Assembly: GCA_963701075.1 (NCBI GenBank)
Contig: OY969559.1
Span: 32,001-96,000 of the forward strand
DNA from: an uncultured Nitrososphaerota archaeon
GTDB lineage: Archaea; Thermoproteota; Nitrososphaeria; Nitrososphaerales; Nitrosopumilaceae
DNA length: 64,000 bases
Direction: 5' to 3'
Shown: piece after piece, positions 52,535 through 63,735 of the stretch
Layout: every line of letters starts with the position of its first letter
How positions within the stretch are numbered: the first letter of the stretch is position 1
The notes under the pieces: generated by a model
Told to the model about the DNA's origin: nothing
The model's input: only the letters and a program-made list of their open reading frames with translations
Database searches by the model: none
Made by a program: the position numbers and the translations under genes

Positions 52535-53131
52535 TTGACAATCGCAATCTACCTTGCTCATCTCAATCCTGTTACCAAAGCTCACGTTGAAATCATCAAC
52601 GAATTAAAAAATGGCAATGACGTGAGGGTTCTTCCAGTCATATTCAGAATCGATGGCAATGAAATCAACAGTAAGAGTTTTCCATTCAGTTATGAGTTGA
52701 GAAAAAAAATGCTTGAATCAGTGTTTGGAGACTCTATATCCATAGTATCAAATTACACATTTTATTCGCCATTTTCAAAATACATGCCTCCATTACTTTC
52801 ACCTTATTCGTGGAACATCAAAAAGCAAATTTTGGACGGAATTAAAACAGATTACTTTACGTATACTGGAGACAAGGCAGAAGCCTTTGTGCTAAGGATT
52901 TACGGATTGAATCCAAAGGTCGGTCAAAGAAAAGAAACATCAGCTTCATTTGTAAAACAAAAAATGTTTGAATCTGCAATGGGAAAGGATACTGACTGGG
53001 AACAGTATGTGGAACCTGAAATTGTAAAGATCATACATGAGAATTGGGATGTTGTGAAGAAATTTGCAAATTCTCCTGACCTGACATATAGAGTACTTGG
53101 CATGAAATTTCCAAGTACTGGGTTTTGGTAG
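52535..53131 (+). CDS. HxGH-like nucleotidyltransferase-fold protein
   Basis: LAHLNPVTKAH, PFSYELRKKML, SASFVK. Confidence 0.65.
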   Translation: MTIAIYLAHLNPVTKAHVEIINELKNGNDVRVLPVIFRIDGNEINSKSFPFSYELRKKMLESVFGDSISIVSNYTFYSPFSKYMPPLLSPYSWNIKKQILDGIKTDYFTYTGDKAEAFVLRIYGLNPKVGQRKETSASFVKQKMFESAMGKDTDWEQYVEPEIVKIIHENWDVVKKFANSPDLTYRVLGMKFPSTGFW

Positions 53132-53166
53132 AAATAGATTAATTATAGGCAGAATGGGTTTTGTAT

Positions 53167-54084
53167 ATGAAAACTTTTGTTCCCAAGTTTGTTTGGTTTG
53201 ATGGCAAGTTTGTAAAGGACGATGAAGCGAAAGTTTCTGTAATGACCCATGCCGTTCATTATGGAACTTCTGTTTTTGAGGGATTACGGGGTTATTGGAA
53301 TTCAAAAAATCTTTACATTTTCAGATTGCAGGATCATATCAAAAGATTTAGGAATTCTGGAAGGGTGTATTCCATTTCACTGAGATTTACAGACAAGCAA
53401 ATAGCTGACGCAATAACAGGACTCTGTAAGAAAAACAATGTAAGAGAATCATGTTACATACGACCGTTTTATTTTGTAGGACGATATGGGATAAATCTTC
53501 ATGTGACAGAAAGCAGCCCAACTCATGCAGCAGTTGTAATGTTTCCCTTCGGAGATCTATTCAATAAAAATGGAATCAGTGCAGGTATTTCATCATGGAG
53601 AAGAATTCATGACATTTCTACTCCTCCCCTTGCAAAGATGGGCGGTAATTATTTGAATTCAATATTGGCAACCCAAGAGTGTAAGAGAAATGGATATGAT
53701 GAAGCAATCCTGCTAGATCATCTCGGGAACATCAGTGAAGCTCCTGGCGAGAACATATTCATTATAAGAGATAAGAAATTACTGACACCGTCTTCTAGTT
53801 CTTCGGCATTAGAAGGAATTACAAAAGATTCTGTGATTAAAATAGCAAAAGATCTTGGTTACGAAACAGTAGAACGTGACATTCCAAGAACAGAGATTTA
53901 TTTTGCAGATGAAGTGTTTTTGACTGGCACCGCAGCCGAGATAACACCTATTGTTTCCGTCGATGGCAAAAGCGTTGGAGATGGCAAAGTCGGAAAAATA
54001 ACACAGAAACTACAGAGCACATATTCAGAAATTACAATGGGAAGAAACAAAAGGTATTCCAGATGGATAACACCGGTGTATTAA
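53167..54084 (+). CDS. ilvE: Branched-chain amino acid aminotransferase
   Basis: HYGTSVFEG, AKMGGNY, EAPGENIF, LEGIT, GTAAEITP. Confidence 0.95.
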   Translation: MKTFVPKFVWFDGKFVKDDEAKVSVMTHAVHYGTSVFEGLRGYWNSKNLYIFRLQDHIKRFRNSGRVYSISLRFTDKQIADAITGLCKKNNVRESCYIRPFYFVGRYGINLHVTESSPTHAAVVMFPFGDLFNKNGISAGISSWRRIHDISTPPLAKMGGNYLNSILATQECKRNGYDEAILLDHLGNISEAPGENIFIIRDKKLLTPSSSSSALEGITKDSVIKIAKDLGYETVERDIPRTEIYFADEVFLTGTAAEITPIVSVDGKSVGDGKVGKITQKLQSTYSEITMGRNKRYSRWITPVY

Positions 54085-54085
54085 A

Positions 54086-55021
54086 ATGAAAATTGTACAA
54101 ATCGGAGTTGGAGGTTTTGGCAAGAACCACACAAGAATTCTTTCCCAACTTGGAGTTCTTTCAGCAATCTGTGACGCAGATTTATCAAGAGCCAAGGAAT
54201 TTGGAACAAAGTACTCTGTTAATCACTACTCAAGCATCGATTCTCTTTTAGGATCAGAGCAATTTGATGCCGCCTTTGTTTGTACCCCTACATCAACTCA
54301 TTTTGGAATTGCCAAGACATTGCTACAAAAGAAGAAAAATGTATTTGTCGAAAAACCCATGACATATCTCTCTCTTGAGGGTGATGAACTGCTAGAATTA
54401 GCAAAGAAGAACAAGGTAACCCTAACATCAGGATATATCGAGAGATTCAACCCAGCAGTCTCACTTGTAAAGGAATACGTCAAGACAAAAAAATACGGAG
54501 AGCTGATAATGTTAGAATTTCATCGAGAAAACAGAATGCCTCCCCACATCAAAGATGTTGGGATAATTTACGACACTTCAGTTCACGATATAGATACAGC
54601 CATGTGGCTTTTTGATGATGTTCCTGAAGTGGTCTTTGCAAGATCCGGTAGAATAAGACATGAGCATGAAGATTTTGCTACAATAATGCTAGGTTTTAGA
54701 GAAAACAAAGTAGCCATTATTTCATCAAACTGGATAACTCCAATTAAAGTTAGAAGATTCAATGCTGTTTGTGGAGATGCAATAATTTCTTCTGATTTTA
54801 TCACACAAGAAGTAAAGATAGAAACCAATTCAGGAGCCGAGATTCCACGAAAAGACGTAGAAGAACCACTTCTTTTGGAAATTAAAAATTTCATTGCTGC
54901 GTCAGAGGGCAAAGAAAACATAAGGGTAAGGCCGGAAGACGCATTAAATACAACAAAGATAGCTGAGGCGGCACTTTTATCTAGTCACAAAGGGACTCCA
55001 ATTTATCTAGATCTCAAATGA
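54086..55021 (+). CDS. Gfo/Idh/MocA oxidoreductase (WbpB-like sugar-nucleotide dehydrogenase)
   Basis: GVGGFG, VEKPM, ERFNPAV, HDID. Confidence 0.85.
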   Translation: MKIVQIGVGGFGKNHTRILSQLGVLSAICDADLSRAKEFGTKYSVNHYSSIDSLLGSEQFDAAFVCTPTSTHFGIAKTLLQKKKNVFVEKPMTYLSLEGDELLELAKKNKVTLTSGYIERFNPAVSLVKEYVKTKKYGELIMLEFHRENRMPPHIKDVGIIYDTSVHDIDTAMWLFDDVPEVVFARSGRIRHEHEDFATIMLGFRENKVAIISSNWITPIKVRRFNAVCGDAIISSDFITQEVKIETNSGAEIPRKDVEEPLLLEIKNFIAASEGKENIRVRPEDALNTTKIAEAALLSSHKGTPIYLDLK

Positions 55022-55288
55022 ACAAAAAAATGATGGAAATTCTTGCATGTCCAATAGACAAACATTTCCCACTTGATATTTTCGAGATTTTATCAAAAGA
55101 AGACGTTATTTCAGAAGGTGCAATATTTTGTTCCAAGTGTTCTAGATTTTATCCCATAATAGATGAGATTCCCATCATGCTACCAGATGAACTAAGAGAC
55201 AAAAATCAGGAGATAGAATTCTTGAAAAAGTACAAAGACAAACTACCCGAAAAGATTGTCAACAAGAGCCTCTCCTTGGCATTTGTGA
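55018..55288 (+). CDS. Trm112 family protein; +1 indel at ~55270 extends the ORF artificially
   Basis: MEILACPIDK...CSKCSRFYPIIDEIPIMLP. Confidence 0.85.
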
Positions 55289-55294
55289 TGAAAA

Positions 55295-55772
55295 ATGGTT
55301 ACAAATTTTGTATCAGAGAAGGCAAAATTGGGCAAGAATGTGAAAATATGGCATTTTGCATACGTGGGTGACAACGCAGAGATCGGAGACAATGTAAAGA
55401 TTGGTTCTCTTGCTCATGTGGATTACAATGTAAAAATTGGTGACAATACAATGATAGAAGGCATGGTATACATACCTCCTCTCTCCAGAATAGGAAAAAA
55501 TGTTTTCATCGGACCTGCTGCTGCTCTGACAAATGACCCATATCCGGCAAGTAAGAAAATGATCGGAGTTACCATAGAAGATGGTGCAGTGATAGGCTCA
55601 AGAGTCTGTCATAAAAGCTGGAGTAACAATTGGAAAAAATAGTGTAGTGGCAATGGGGGCAGTAGTTATCAAAGATGTTCCTGCAAATACAGTAGTTGTC
55701 GGAGTTCCAGCCAAAATCAAGTATTCTCGTGAAGAATATGATAAAAAGAAGAAAGATTGGGAAGATAGCTAA
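55295..55772 (+). CDS. Hexapeptide-repeat N-acetyltransferase (WbpD/WxcM-like); +1 frameshift at ~55605
   Basis: IWHFA, FIGP...TNDPYP; continues [21 protein letters not shown]...VVGVPAK after correction. Confidence 0.87.
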
Positions 55773-55999
55773 TTTCTGATTTGCTTGTGAAATATCCAGT
55801 TCTTTATCTTTGACATGATAAAGATCCAGAGCACTACAAGAAATACAGCAATGATTGCCTTTATGCCTGAATCTAAAAATTCACTATATTTTCCAAAACC
55901 TTGTATCGAGATTGGCGCAATTGTTAAAACAAGAAGGCCTCCACCGGCTAGAATCATTAGCCACATTATGAAGACATATACAAAGATCTGCCCTTTCAT
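55769..55999 (-). CDS. Small membrane protein with two TM helices
   Basis: Hydrophobic 76-aa ORF coupled to the upstream gene. Confidence 0.6.
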   Translation of the reverse strand: MKGQIFVYVFIMWLMILAGGGLLVLTIAPISIQGFGKYSEFLDSGIKAIIAVFLVVLWIFIMSKIKNWIFHKQIRN

Positions 56000-56991
56000 A
56001 TCTTAATACCTGTCATAAATGCCGTAATGATTGCAAGTGCAGCTGAAAACAGCGCTAGCTTGAAAATTGTAAATCCTACCTCTTTTTCTGTCATAGGTCC
56101 ATTAGCTAAAATCAAACGCACCAACGTCACTGGAGCGTCTTTGTGTTCAGTAGCTTTGAGTTTGAAATCTTCGGTATGTTCCACAGGATTTGATTTTAGT
56201 TGCCTGTGTTCAACTATTCGTTTTACGCTTGATAGAAATAGAAATGAGTTTATCACTGCGGGCAACAAAGCAACCGCAGCGATTATTTCTACATGACCTA
56301 CTATAGCAATTGTTCCATACATAGCACCTAAGGTGAGTGCTCCTGAATCACCAGGAAATATTCTGCTAGGAAACTTGTGGTATTTGTAAAAAGCAAGAGA
56401 TACAAAACCTAGAGGCAAACTTGCTATACCTATATCATAATGATGAACGATAAACAATGATATCGTGAGCGCAAAACTAGCAATTGTCATAAATCCACTT
56501 GCAACACCATTTAGCACATCAATAGAATTTACCGTATTTCCCGTAATTGGAATCATGAGAATTATCAAGGCCAGATACAATTCAGGAATGTGAACAGAGC
56601 CAAATAGTGGAAAATCCAAATGTGAACCATGTGCTCCTAACAAAATTATTGGAATTGCAGTAGCTGCTAGAGCAAGAGGTTTGAACCACCCACCCAATAC
56701 TTTTCTATCATCTGCCAAACCTACAAGAAATGCCAGAAAAGTGGTAAGAATTATTGCCAATACATCTACTGAAGAAAAGAACGCATAAAGAACAAGTTCT
56801 GAGACCAAGATTCCTGCAAGAAGGGATGGACCCCCAGGCCTTGCCACCATTGCACCTCCAACTCTATTGTAATCTTTGACTACAAGTTTTCTTTTTTCTA
56901 GGTTTTTGATAAGAATTGGAGTAATGGCGTAAACAGTAACAAATGCTATGGCTGAAACTACTATAGCCGCTATTGTTTTGTCAAACATCAT
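55996..56991 (-). CDS. MraY/GPT-family UDP-GlcNAc:polyprenyl-phosphate GlcNAc-1-P transferase (AglH-like)
   Basis: GLADD, NTVNSIDVLNG, IFPGDSG. Confidence 0.88.
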   Translation of the reverse strand: MMFDKTIAAIVVSAIAFVTVYAITPILIKNLEKRKLVVKDYNRVGGAMVARPGGPSLLAGILVSELVLYAFFSSVDVLAIILTTFLAFLVGLADDRKVLGGWFKPLALAATAIPIILLGAHGSHLDFPLFGSVHIPELYLALIILMIPITGNTVNSIDVLNGVASGFMTIASFALTISLFIVHHYDIGIASLPLGFVSLAFYKYHKFPSRIFPGDSGALTLGAMYGTIAIVGHVEIIAAVALLPAVINSFLFLSSVKRIVEHRQLKSNPVEHTEDFKLKATEHKDAPVTLVRLILANGPMTEKEVGFTIFKLALFSAALAIITAFMTGIKI

Positions 56992-59114
56992 CTTATCTTT
57001 TTGAGTTGTGTCTTTATGTTTTCTGCAATTCCAGGCCCAATCTTATCAATTTTGGCAAGTTTTTCAACAGGAATCGATGCTAATTCGTCTAGGTTCTTGA
57101 TTCCATTTTTGTACAGAATTCTTGCACGTATTCTTCCAATGCCCCGTACTTTGACAAGATCAACAAGTTCTTCCTTTATTCCATATGCCATTCTAGTTCG
57201 TAAGACGTCTAGTTCGTCCATTACGTTATTTGACTTTTCAAGCTTTGCAATCTCATAAAATGCATGAATGAGCCAGTCTGCTGTTTCAGACATTCTATGC
57301 ATGTCCCCTGATTCGATACCCAGATTATCAGAAAGAGAGATCTCGCTTGATTCAGTGATCCAAGCATGCATTGCAAGTAGGCTTCGATTGCAATCATATT
57401 CTGAAATGCTTTCAATCAATTGATCAGAATAGTTTTCAAGAAGCGTACTGAGTAATTCATAATCTTTGTTCCTTAATGAAAACTTGGGGAAAAAATCCTC
57501 ACAGCTTGTGATAATGTGTAATATCCCAAGAGTGTGTTTTCTGCCTTTTGAAATTTGCTGAAGTGTTTTTCTGAAATAAACAGCTGTTAGTGGATCTATG
57601 TACAAAGTTGAAGTCTTTTTGCCAAATTCTGTTGCGATGAATCTACCTCCTTTTTGTTTCAAGAGTTCTTCCAGTTCAAGATAGCGTAATGCTATCTGAA
57701 TCTTGAATTTTATAGTTGATTTTCTTTCCTGAAATCCCGAAAGTGTTTTTGAAAAAAAATCAACAATTTCTTCATTTTTTATTCCAGGAGTAGTTGAAAC
57801 TAGGCTCAATATGTGAATTCGTAGTGCCTTGTCATCTGTAAGTTTTGAAGAAATTGGCTCCGGCATGCCATTGATGTAATAATCAAAGAGATCATTACTG
57901 TTAGAGCTTCCAACGATAATAGATTCTCCATATTCATCATATTGAGGCCTCCCTGCTCTTCCAGAAAGCTGTTTGTATTCAAGAATGCTGATAGGTTTGT
58001 TGACTCCATATTTTCCGTCATATCTATTGATGCTAGAAATTATTACTCTTCTTGCTGGAAGATTTACTCCAGCAGCCAGTGTAGGCGTAGAAGTCAGGAT
58101 CTTTATTCTCCTATTCCTAAATTCTAACTCTACAATGTCTCTGCAGTTCTGGTTCAGCCCTGCATGGTGAAATGCAACACCTTTTTTCACTAACGTTGCT
58201 AGATTTCTAATGAGTTCTGTATGTTCATTGTTTTCAAGAAGTCTTTGTGAGATTTGTTCTAGAATTTTCTTCTCTTCTTCTGTGATATGTTTTGAAACTG
58301 CATCAGATGCCTTTGTTGCAAGAGATACAGATCGTGCTCTAGTTTCAGCAAACAGGATTGCTTGGCCTCCATTTTTGAGAGAATCCAAGCCCAAGTCAAC
58401 TGGCGCTCCCCTAATGCTTGTCTCAATTTGAAAATTCTTCTTGTTCTGCATTGTTACCATACCCTGATCGTAAACTCCTTCCCAGAGCGGAACTGGCCTC
58501 CAGTCGCTTTCTACAAGTTTGCAATCAAGCCACTTCGATATCTCATCAGCATTAGTCACGGTTGCACTAAGTGCAAGTATCTGCGGTTTTTTCTGGAGTG
58601 ACATTAGTTTGGTGAGCACAATATCAAGGGTTGGTCCCCTATCCTCATCCCCCAGTAAATGGACCTCGTCTGCAATAACAAGACTGATTTCATTTAGCCA
58701 TTCAGCGCCTTGCCTCATTACAGAGTCCATCTTCTCATTGGTAAGAACAAGAATATCGTTTGATCCTAGATTTTTATCAGTCTGATCATAATCACCTGTT
58801 GAAATCTGAATCTTAATTTTTTTATCAAGGTCTACAGATTCTAGTTTTTTAAATTCAGAAAATTTTTCAGAAGCGAGTGCTTTGAGAGGACTGAGATACA
58901 CTACTTTGCCCTTTTTCTCAGAGATGTGCTTTATTATGGCAAGCATGGCAATTAGCGTCTTTCCGCTTGCAGTTGGAGCAGAAACAAGGATGCTTTTTCC
59001 ATCTAATAACCCAGCCTTTACACTCTTTTCTTGCGGTGGATAAAGAGTAACAAATCCACTATCGCAAAGAAATTTGATTGCAGTTTTGGGGATATCTAGT
59101 TCCGATACTTTCAT
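56988..59114 (-). CDS. hel308: Ski2-like helicase Hel308
   Basis: APTASGKT, DEVH, FHHAGL, GVNLPAR, GRAGRP, C-terminal HhH. Confidence 0.92.
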   Translation of the reverse strand: MKVSELDIPKTAIKFLCDSGFVTLYPPQEKSVKAGLLDGKSILVSAPTASGKTLIAMLAIIKHISEKKGKVVYLSPLKALASEKFSEFKKLESVDLDKKIKIQISTGDYDQTDKNLGSNDILVLTNEKMDSVMRQGAEWLNEISLVIADEVHLLGDEDRGPTLDIVLTKLMSLQKKPQILALSATVTNADEISKWLDCKLVESDWRPVPLWEGVYDQGMVTMQNKKNFQIETSIRGAPVDLGLDSLKNGGQAILFAETRARSVSLATKASDAVSKHITEEEKKILEQISQRLLENNEHTELIRNLATLVKKGVAFHHAGLNQNCRDIVELEFRNRRIKILTSTPTLAAGVNLPARRVIISSINRYDGKYGVNKPISILEYKQLSGRAGRPQYDEYGESIIVGSSNSNDLFDYYINGMPEPISSKLTDDKALRIHILSLVSTTPGIKNEEIVDFFSKTLSGFQERKSTIKFKIQIALRYLELEELLKQKGGRFIATEFGKKTSTLYIDPLTAVYFRKTLQQISKGRKHTLGILHIITSCEDFFPKFSLRNKDYELLSTLLENYSDQLIESISEYDCNRSLLAMHAWITESSEISLSDNLGIESGDMHRMSETADWLIHAFYEIAKLEKSNNVMDELDVLRTRMAYGIKEELVDLVKVRGIGRIRARILYKNGIKNLDELASIPVEKLAKIDKIGPGIAENIKTQLKKIR

Positions 59115-61192
59115 ACCCGGTTATAATGACCGGGTTTTGATTCATAAATAGCTGACTCTCGTTGCAATTTCTTGATGTATTTTCTTGCTTCCTCTTCAGT
59201 GAATTTGCCTGTCTTGACTAGTTCTTTTACGAAGGTTTTTTCTTCGACAGGTCTTTTCTCATCTCCTTCCAATGATTTCATTACATCCATGAATAGTTGC
59301 ATCTTTGATACTTCACTGTGAGGCCTACCTTGAAGAACTCCAAGGTCCACCTTTCCAGTGTTCACGTCGACTCCTGCGTCTTGAAGCATGCTTTGTATTA
59401 GAAATATTGCCCTTTCTGCATCTTCGCTCTCAACTTGTGTCTTCATCAATAGCCTTGCTCTAGCAGTAGCTAATCTCACAAGCCCTTCTAATTGTCTTGG
59501 GGTTACTGTAATCATTCCCTCAGATTCTACGTTTCTCATTGTCATATAATATTCTAGAATCTTTTCCTCTGCTTCTGATGTAAGTATCGGATCAAATCTT
59601 TTCGTATATGTCAGATACTTTGTAAGAATATCTACGTCAATTAGTGATTTAATGTCAGTTCCTGAAGTTCGATGTAGATTCAATATGTGTCGTGCTATTC
59701 TTGTATCTCTTTCTTTTGATGGGATATCCCTAACGACAAAGATGAGATCAAAACGTGTTAAAAGTGGGACTGGCAGGTTAACATTTTCCGTTATGTTCTT
59801 GAATGGATCATATTTTCCATACATTGGGTTTGCAGCAGCCAAAATTGAGGTTCTTGCGTTCAACGTTGCAACAATTCCACCTTTTGCAATGCTTACTGAC
59901 TGTTGTTCCATAGTTTCATGCAATGCACTTCTGTCTTCTGGCTTCATTTTATCAAATTCATCTATGCAAACAAGGCCTTGATCGCCCAGAACAACCGCTC
60001 CTGCTTCAAGCATCATTATACCAATCTTATCTCTCACTACAGCTGCTGTGAGTCCTGCTGCAGTGGAACCTCTTCCTGATGTGTAGAGTCCTCTTGGAGC
60101 AATTCTTGCACAGAACTTTAACATCTCGCTTTTTGCCGTACCAGGATCACCCACCAAAAAGACGTTGATATCTCCACGAATTTTAGCACCATCAGCAAGA
60201 AGTTTCTGAGTAGAACCTACAATCAACAACAAGATTGACTCTTTGATGATATCATGACCATGAACGTGAGGAGCAAATGAAGCTACAAGCCTGTCGTAAA
60301 TGTCTGCATTTTTTCCAAGCGATTTGATTATCTTCTCTTCATCTGGAGAGATTTCTTCCCTTTCAGTGCTCCTAGAGCTCTTGTTTCCCCTACCACCTAG
60401 AAACTCTATATTATTTCCCTGAATTCTTAATCTGTAAATCCCGCTCTTTCCTCTCATAGAAGGTATGTGCTCTTGTTCAATCCTTACAATTCCCGTAAGA
60501 ATTACACGGTCTCCTGGTCTTGCGTTGTCAACCAAGTCTTGAAGCACTGTAACGTCAAGATAATGAGGTAATTGACCTGGAGGTAGATCTTCAGGTAGTT
60601 CCTGGAGTCGCACCATTTGAAAATCAATGAATTTGCTTTGTTCAGGATTTAATTCTAGATCTCTATGAGTACATTTTCCATTATCACATTTTAGGGGTTC
60701 CTTGAATTCAAGACCTTTTTCCTGAATTCTTTTAGTCTGATGTCCATCTGGACAGATGTAAACTAGTTCTTTTGCAAGTGGTTTAATCTCAGAAGATCTT
60801 ACAACCATTCCCGAAACACTTATCATTTTTCCTATAACCTCTGCATTTACTTCACGCAGACTTCGCTGTGCTGGATAGTTTGAAATCCTGACTCTAATAT
60901 CATGACGGATTTTTTCTGCATATTGCGGAAATCTTTCCTTGAGAATGTCCTTGATTGCCCCGCTGAAAGCATGAAGAATTTCATCTGGATCCACATTGAA
61001 AACAGATTCAATTTCGTGGTATGATACCAGTTCGTTGTAATCTACCACAATGTATTGAATTTTCTTTGCCATCATCTGGTCAATTTCGTCAACATACTTG
61101 TATGAACCCGATTTATCTTTGAATTGACTTAGGAATTCCCTTACCTGATCCTGAAGCTTGCTTGATGAAATAGATTCAGACTGTACGGTCAT
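59111..61192 (-). CDS. mcm: MCM replicative helicase
   Basis: GDPGTAKS, IDEFDKM, AAANP, TRFD; no intein. Confidence 0.96.
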   Translation of the reverse strand: MTVQSESISSSKLQDQVREFLSQFKDKSGSYKYVDEIDQMMAKKIQYIVVDYNELVSYHEIESVFNVDPDEILHAFSGAIKDILKERFPQYAEKIRHDIRVRISNYPAQRSLREVNAEVIGKMISVSGMVVRSSEIKPLAKELVYICPDGHQTKRIQEKGLEFKEPLKCDNGKCTHRDLELNPEQSKFIDFQMVRLQELPEDLPPGQLPHYLDVTVLQDLVDNARPGDRVILTGIVRIEQEHIPSMRGKSGIYRLRIQGNNIEFLGGRGNKSSRSTEREEISPDEEKIIKSLGKNADIYDRLVASFAPHVHGHDIIKESILLLIVGSTQKLLADGAKIRGDINVFLVGDPGTAKSEMLKFCARIAPRGLYTSGRGSTAAGLTAAVVRDKIGIMMLEAGAVVLGDQGLVCIDEFDKMKPEDRSALHETMEQQSVSIAKGGIVATLNARTSILAAANPMYGKYDPFKNITENVNLPVPLLTRFDLIFVVRDIPSKERDTRIARHILNLHRTSGTDIKSLIDVDILTKYLTYTKRFDPILTSEAEEKILEYYMTMRNVESEGMITVTPRQLEGLVRLATARARLLMKTQVESEDAERAIFLIQSMLQDAGVDVNTGKVDLGVLQGRPHSEVSKMQLFMDVMKSLEGDEKRPVEEKTFVKELVKTGKFTEEEARKYIKKLQRESAIYESKPGHYNRV

Positions 61193-61704
61193 TTCTTATC
61201 GCCTATAACTTGTTTTTTAAATTCTGCACTGTTATCATGAATATAATCAAATAGGGCTCGCTCTTCAACTGTCAATTTCTTTGCTAATTCAGTAGCCATC
61301 TTGGATGAATCTGCCAATCTAATGATCTTTCCTTGTCTTTTACGAACAAGGGAATTTAGCATGCTTTCTATTTTATCACGGTCTTGCTGGGGCAGTCTTT
61401 GCATGAATGAATTCATTTTTATGTAAAATTCTGGCTCTAGGGTAGAAAGATCAAAATCTCCCTGTACGTTTTCTTTCACAATGGCTTGCTTCAAAGCTAC
61501 TACCATATCGGTGTCCTGTACTTCAGCAAGTTTTTCTGACGATAATACCTCAGCTACCCATCGCGGTATACTCAAAATTTCACCATGTTTGGCATCAATT
61601 GATACTTCAGGTGCATCGATTTTGAGATCATACCCAAAGTTGACTTTGACCTCCTGTAAGCGATACCCTATACTATGCATCTGTATTAGTTCCGATATAT
61701 CCAA
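61189..61704 (-). CDS. GINS subunit (Gins23-like)
   Basis: IPRWVA, LEPEFY, LTVEE; immediately upstream of mcm. Confidence 0.8.
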   Translation of the reverse strand: MDISELIQMHSIGYRLQEVKVNFGYDLKIDAPEVSIDAKHGEILSIPRWVAEVLSSEKLAEVQDTDMVVALKQAIVKENVQGDFDLSTLEPEFYIKMNSFMQRLPQQDRDKIESMLNSLVRKRQGKIIRLADSSKMATELAKKLTVEERALFDYIHDNSAEFKKQVIGDKK

Positions 61705-61996
61705 TTTACTTCATGATCCTCCATTAGGCCCTAAAGCTGATCGATCAATTCTGTTAACAATTTACTCTGATCATTTGATCTAGTTACTCGTACATTACTT
61801 TCTATCATGATTTGCCTCGTGATATTTAATATAAAGTTCATCGGATGATCGCTCTAGTAATAATCCATTCTACCCCTTCTTAATAGATGGGTATTATGGC
61901 ATTACCAATAGCCCACATCAGATCGGCATCAAGAACAATGCATCCATGCAAGATCATAGACTTAATTTTATTAGTAGGGCAAAGAGGTAGGACCAT

Positions 61997-62950
61997 ATGA
62001 CCGAATCCTCCATGTGGGTTGAAAAATACCGCCCGATGAAACTATCATCCATAATAAATCAGAAAGAGATAGTAGGCAGTTTGAAATCACTTTTAAAAAA
62101 TACATCCGAGATGCCACACCTGATGTTCTCTGGATCGGCAGGCGTAGGTAAGACCACCACTGCCCTATGTCTTGCAAGAGAGATTCTGGGGGATTCATGG
62201 AAAGAATACACCTTAGAGTTGAACGCTTCAGATGAAAGAGGAATAAACATGGTAAGAGACAGAGTAAAAAAGTTTGCAAGGTTCTCAGGACTTGACACCA
62301 AAATACCGTTTAAGCTTGTCATACTAGACGAAGCTGATGAAATGACCTCTGACGCTCAGACTGCCCTTAGGAGAATCATAGAAGATACAGCTGGTCATTG
62401 CAGGTTTATCATGATTGCAAATAACATATCAAAAATTATAGAACCACTTCAAAGTAGATGCGCCGTATTCAAATTCACCAGGATCTCTGAAGAAGAGATA
62501 ATAGGACATCTAGAAGAGATTTGCAAAAAAGAAAAAATCAAGTACAACAAGGAAGGCCTGAAATCGCTATATTCGTATTCAGAAGGCGATATGCGCCATT
62601 CTATCAATATGCTACAAGCAACTGCAAGTCTTGGAATAATAAATGAAGATAATGTAAAGGCATCTGCCGGGCTTACAAAGATTAGTGATGTAGGAGATAT
62701 CCTGAAGATTGCACTATCTGGAAAGTTGACAGAGGCAAGAAACAAGATGGTTGAACTCATCAAGATATATGGAATGTCGGAATCGGATTTCCTAAAATAC
62801 CTTAATGAAGAATGCTACAAACTAAAGACGGATAATCTTTCAGATATTTTGGAATCCATCGCCAAATACGATTATCGGCTCATAATAGGTGCCAATCCCG
62901 AGATTCAACTTTCCGCCCTTTTGGCAGAGCTAGGAAAAATAGGTAAATAG
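61997..62950 (+). CDS. rfcS: Replication factor C small subunit
   Basis: WVEKYRP, GVGKTT, LNASDERG, LDEAD, QSRC. Confidence 0.95.
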   Translation: MTESSMWVEKYRPMKLSSIINQKEIVGSLKSLLKNTSEMPHLMFSGSAGVGKTTTALCLAREILGDSWKEYTLELNASDERGINMVRDRVKKFARFSGLDTKIPFKLVILDEADEMTSDAQTALRRIIEDTAGHCRFIMIANNISKIIEPLQSRCAVFKFTRISEEEIIGHLEEICKKEKIKYNKEGLKSLYSYSEGDMRHSINMLQATASLGIINEDNVKASAGLTKISDVGDILKIALSGKLTEARNKMVELIKIYGMSESDFLKYLNEECYKLKTDNLSDILESIAKYDYRLIIGANPEIQLSALLAELGKIGK

Positions 62951-63034
62951 CGCAGAGAGAGGGATTTGAACCCCCGCGTGCTTGCGCACATAGGCTCTCA
63001 AGGCCCACGCCATGCCGGGCTAGGCGACCTCTGC
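62951..63034 (-). tRNA. tRNA-Ser(UGA)
   Basis: GCAGAGG/TCTCTGC acceptor stem, TGGGC CTTGAGA GCCTA anticodon arm, long variable arm, G73. Confidence 0.92.
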
Positions 63035-63151
63035 AATACTTTTTCAGAAAAGACTTGTTAAAATTTGTTTAAGAACAAACGTTATCTGGCAAATAACAAG
63101 TATTTGTACAATATATCAGATAATTAAGAAAAATAAAAAAGTCGAAAAATT

Positions 63152-63709
<558 letters not shown>

Positions 63710-63735
63710 TTAAACCTAGACAAAGTTAGTTTAAA

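Noticed and set aside
61705-61996. Replication origin next to mcm/gins/rfcS
   Set aside because: No ORB-like repeats and no adjacent orc1/cdc6 gene are visible.
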